Source of the DNA: Octopus bimaculoides
Taxonomy: Eukaryota
Assembly: GCF_001194135.2 (NCBI RefSeq)
Contig: NC_069003.1
Span: 36,363,608 to 36,427,607 of the forward strand
DNA length: 64,000 nucleotides
Direction of reading: 5' to 3'
Shown: one piece after another, positions 63,492 to 64,000 of the stretch
Position numbering within the stretch: the stretch's first letter is position 1
How the letters are laid out: each line of letters opens with the position of its first letter
Position numbers and translations under genes: made by a program
Notes under the pieces: generated by a model
Told to the model about the DNA's origin: nothing
The model's database searches: none
Seen by the model: the letters and a program-made list of their open reading frames with translations, nothing else

Positions 63492-64000
63492 ATGTTGGGC
63501 ACTACTGACAGACATGTGTTCCGTGAATGTAATGATTCCATAATCAAAAGCAGTATTCTTTTATTCTTTTACTTGTTTCCGTCATTTGATTGCAGCCATG
63601 CTCTGATACAAAAAAAACTGGTGGGAAACACATCCAATTTAAGCTGCTGGAAGCCTCTTTACAGTAAAGAGAAGTCATTGGGGAGAAGTGACATCTGCTC
63701 TTTCAAGTTCAAATAAAGGCTCTGAGTGAAAAGAATGTAAGTAGGACAACACCTACACAGGTGTGAACTGTTTTATTCATGGTTGACTGCATGCAATGCA
63801 TACAGAAATCCTCAAACATCAGAATCAATGTACAAAGATTTCACTGTTGTTAGGTGACAAAATAGTTTTATGAATATCGGCCAAGGTATGAGGTCATATC
63901 TTGTATCATTTTATTGGAGGACAGGTTTACAATATATTTCTCAAGTCAATGTACTCTGGTGACATTTAAATCTGAAAAGCATTTTTTTACATTTAACTGG

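Noticed and set aside
1-64000. CRISPR arrays, rRNA, operons or other prokaryotic systems
   Set aside because: None seen; spliceosomal introns, SINEs/LINEs and microsatellites show this is animal nuclear DNA.

Overview
AT-rich eukaryotic (metazoan) genomic scaffold with 11 N-gaps, dense in microsatellites, SINEs and LINE fragments. The repeat families look like those of an octopus/coleoid cephalopod (my recognition, not database-verified). There are no prokaryotic features (no CRISPR, operons or rRNA). Four intron-containing genes were reconstructed by hand from GT-AG sites and reading-frame continuity. (1) SAMD15-like, +, about 2712-5694, start lost in a gap. (2) eIF2B gamma / EIF2B3, +, 10651-19107, 11 coding exons, 444 aa, with a candidate upstream exon at 7638-7714 that splices in frame and would add 31 aa. 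(3) SLC17A9 / VNUT vesicular nucleotide transporter, +, 21224-33719, 12 exons, 449 aa, complete. (4) A four-repeat annexin, -, 40197-46805, plus a probable short first coding exon at 50056-50067/50108. Most ORF-track entries are spurious, N-spanning, or single exons read into introns. The most interesting non-coding signal is a minimal type I hammerhead-ribozyme-like motif (27143-27178) inside a 73-bp near-perfect hairpin in SLC17A9 intron 3, resembling Penelope-like retroelement ends. Also notable are two further long foldbacks (20681-20990, 60756-61040) and an RFX X-box-like cluster upstream of SAMD15.
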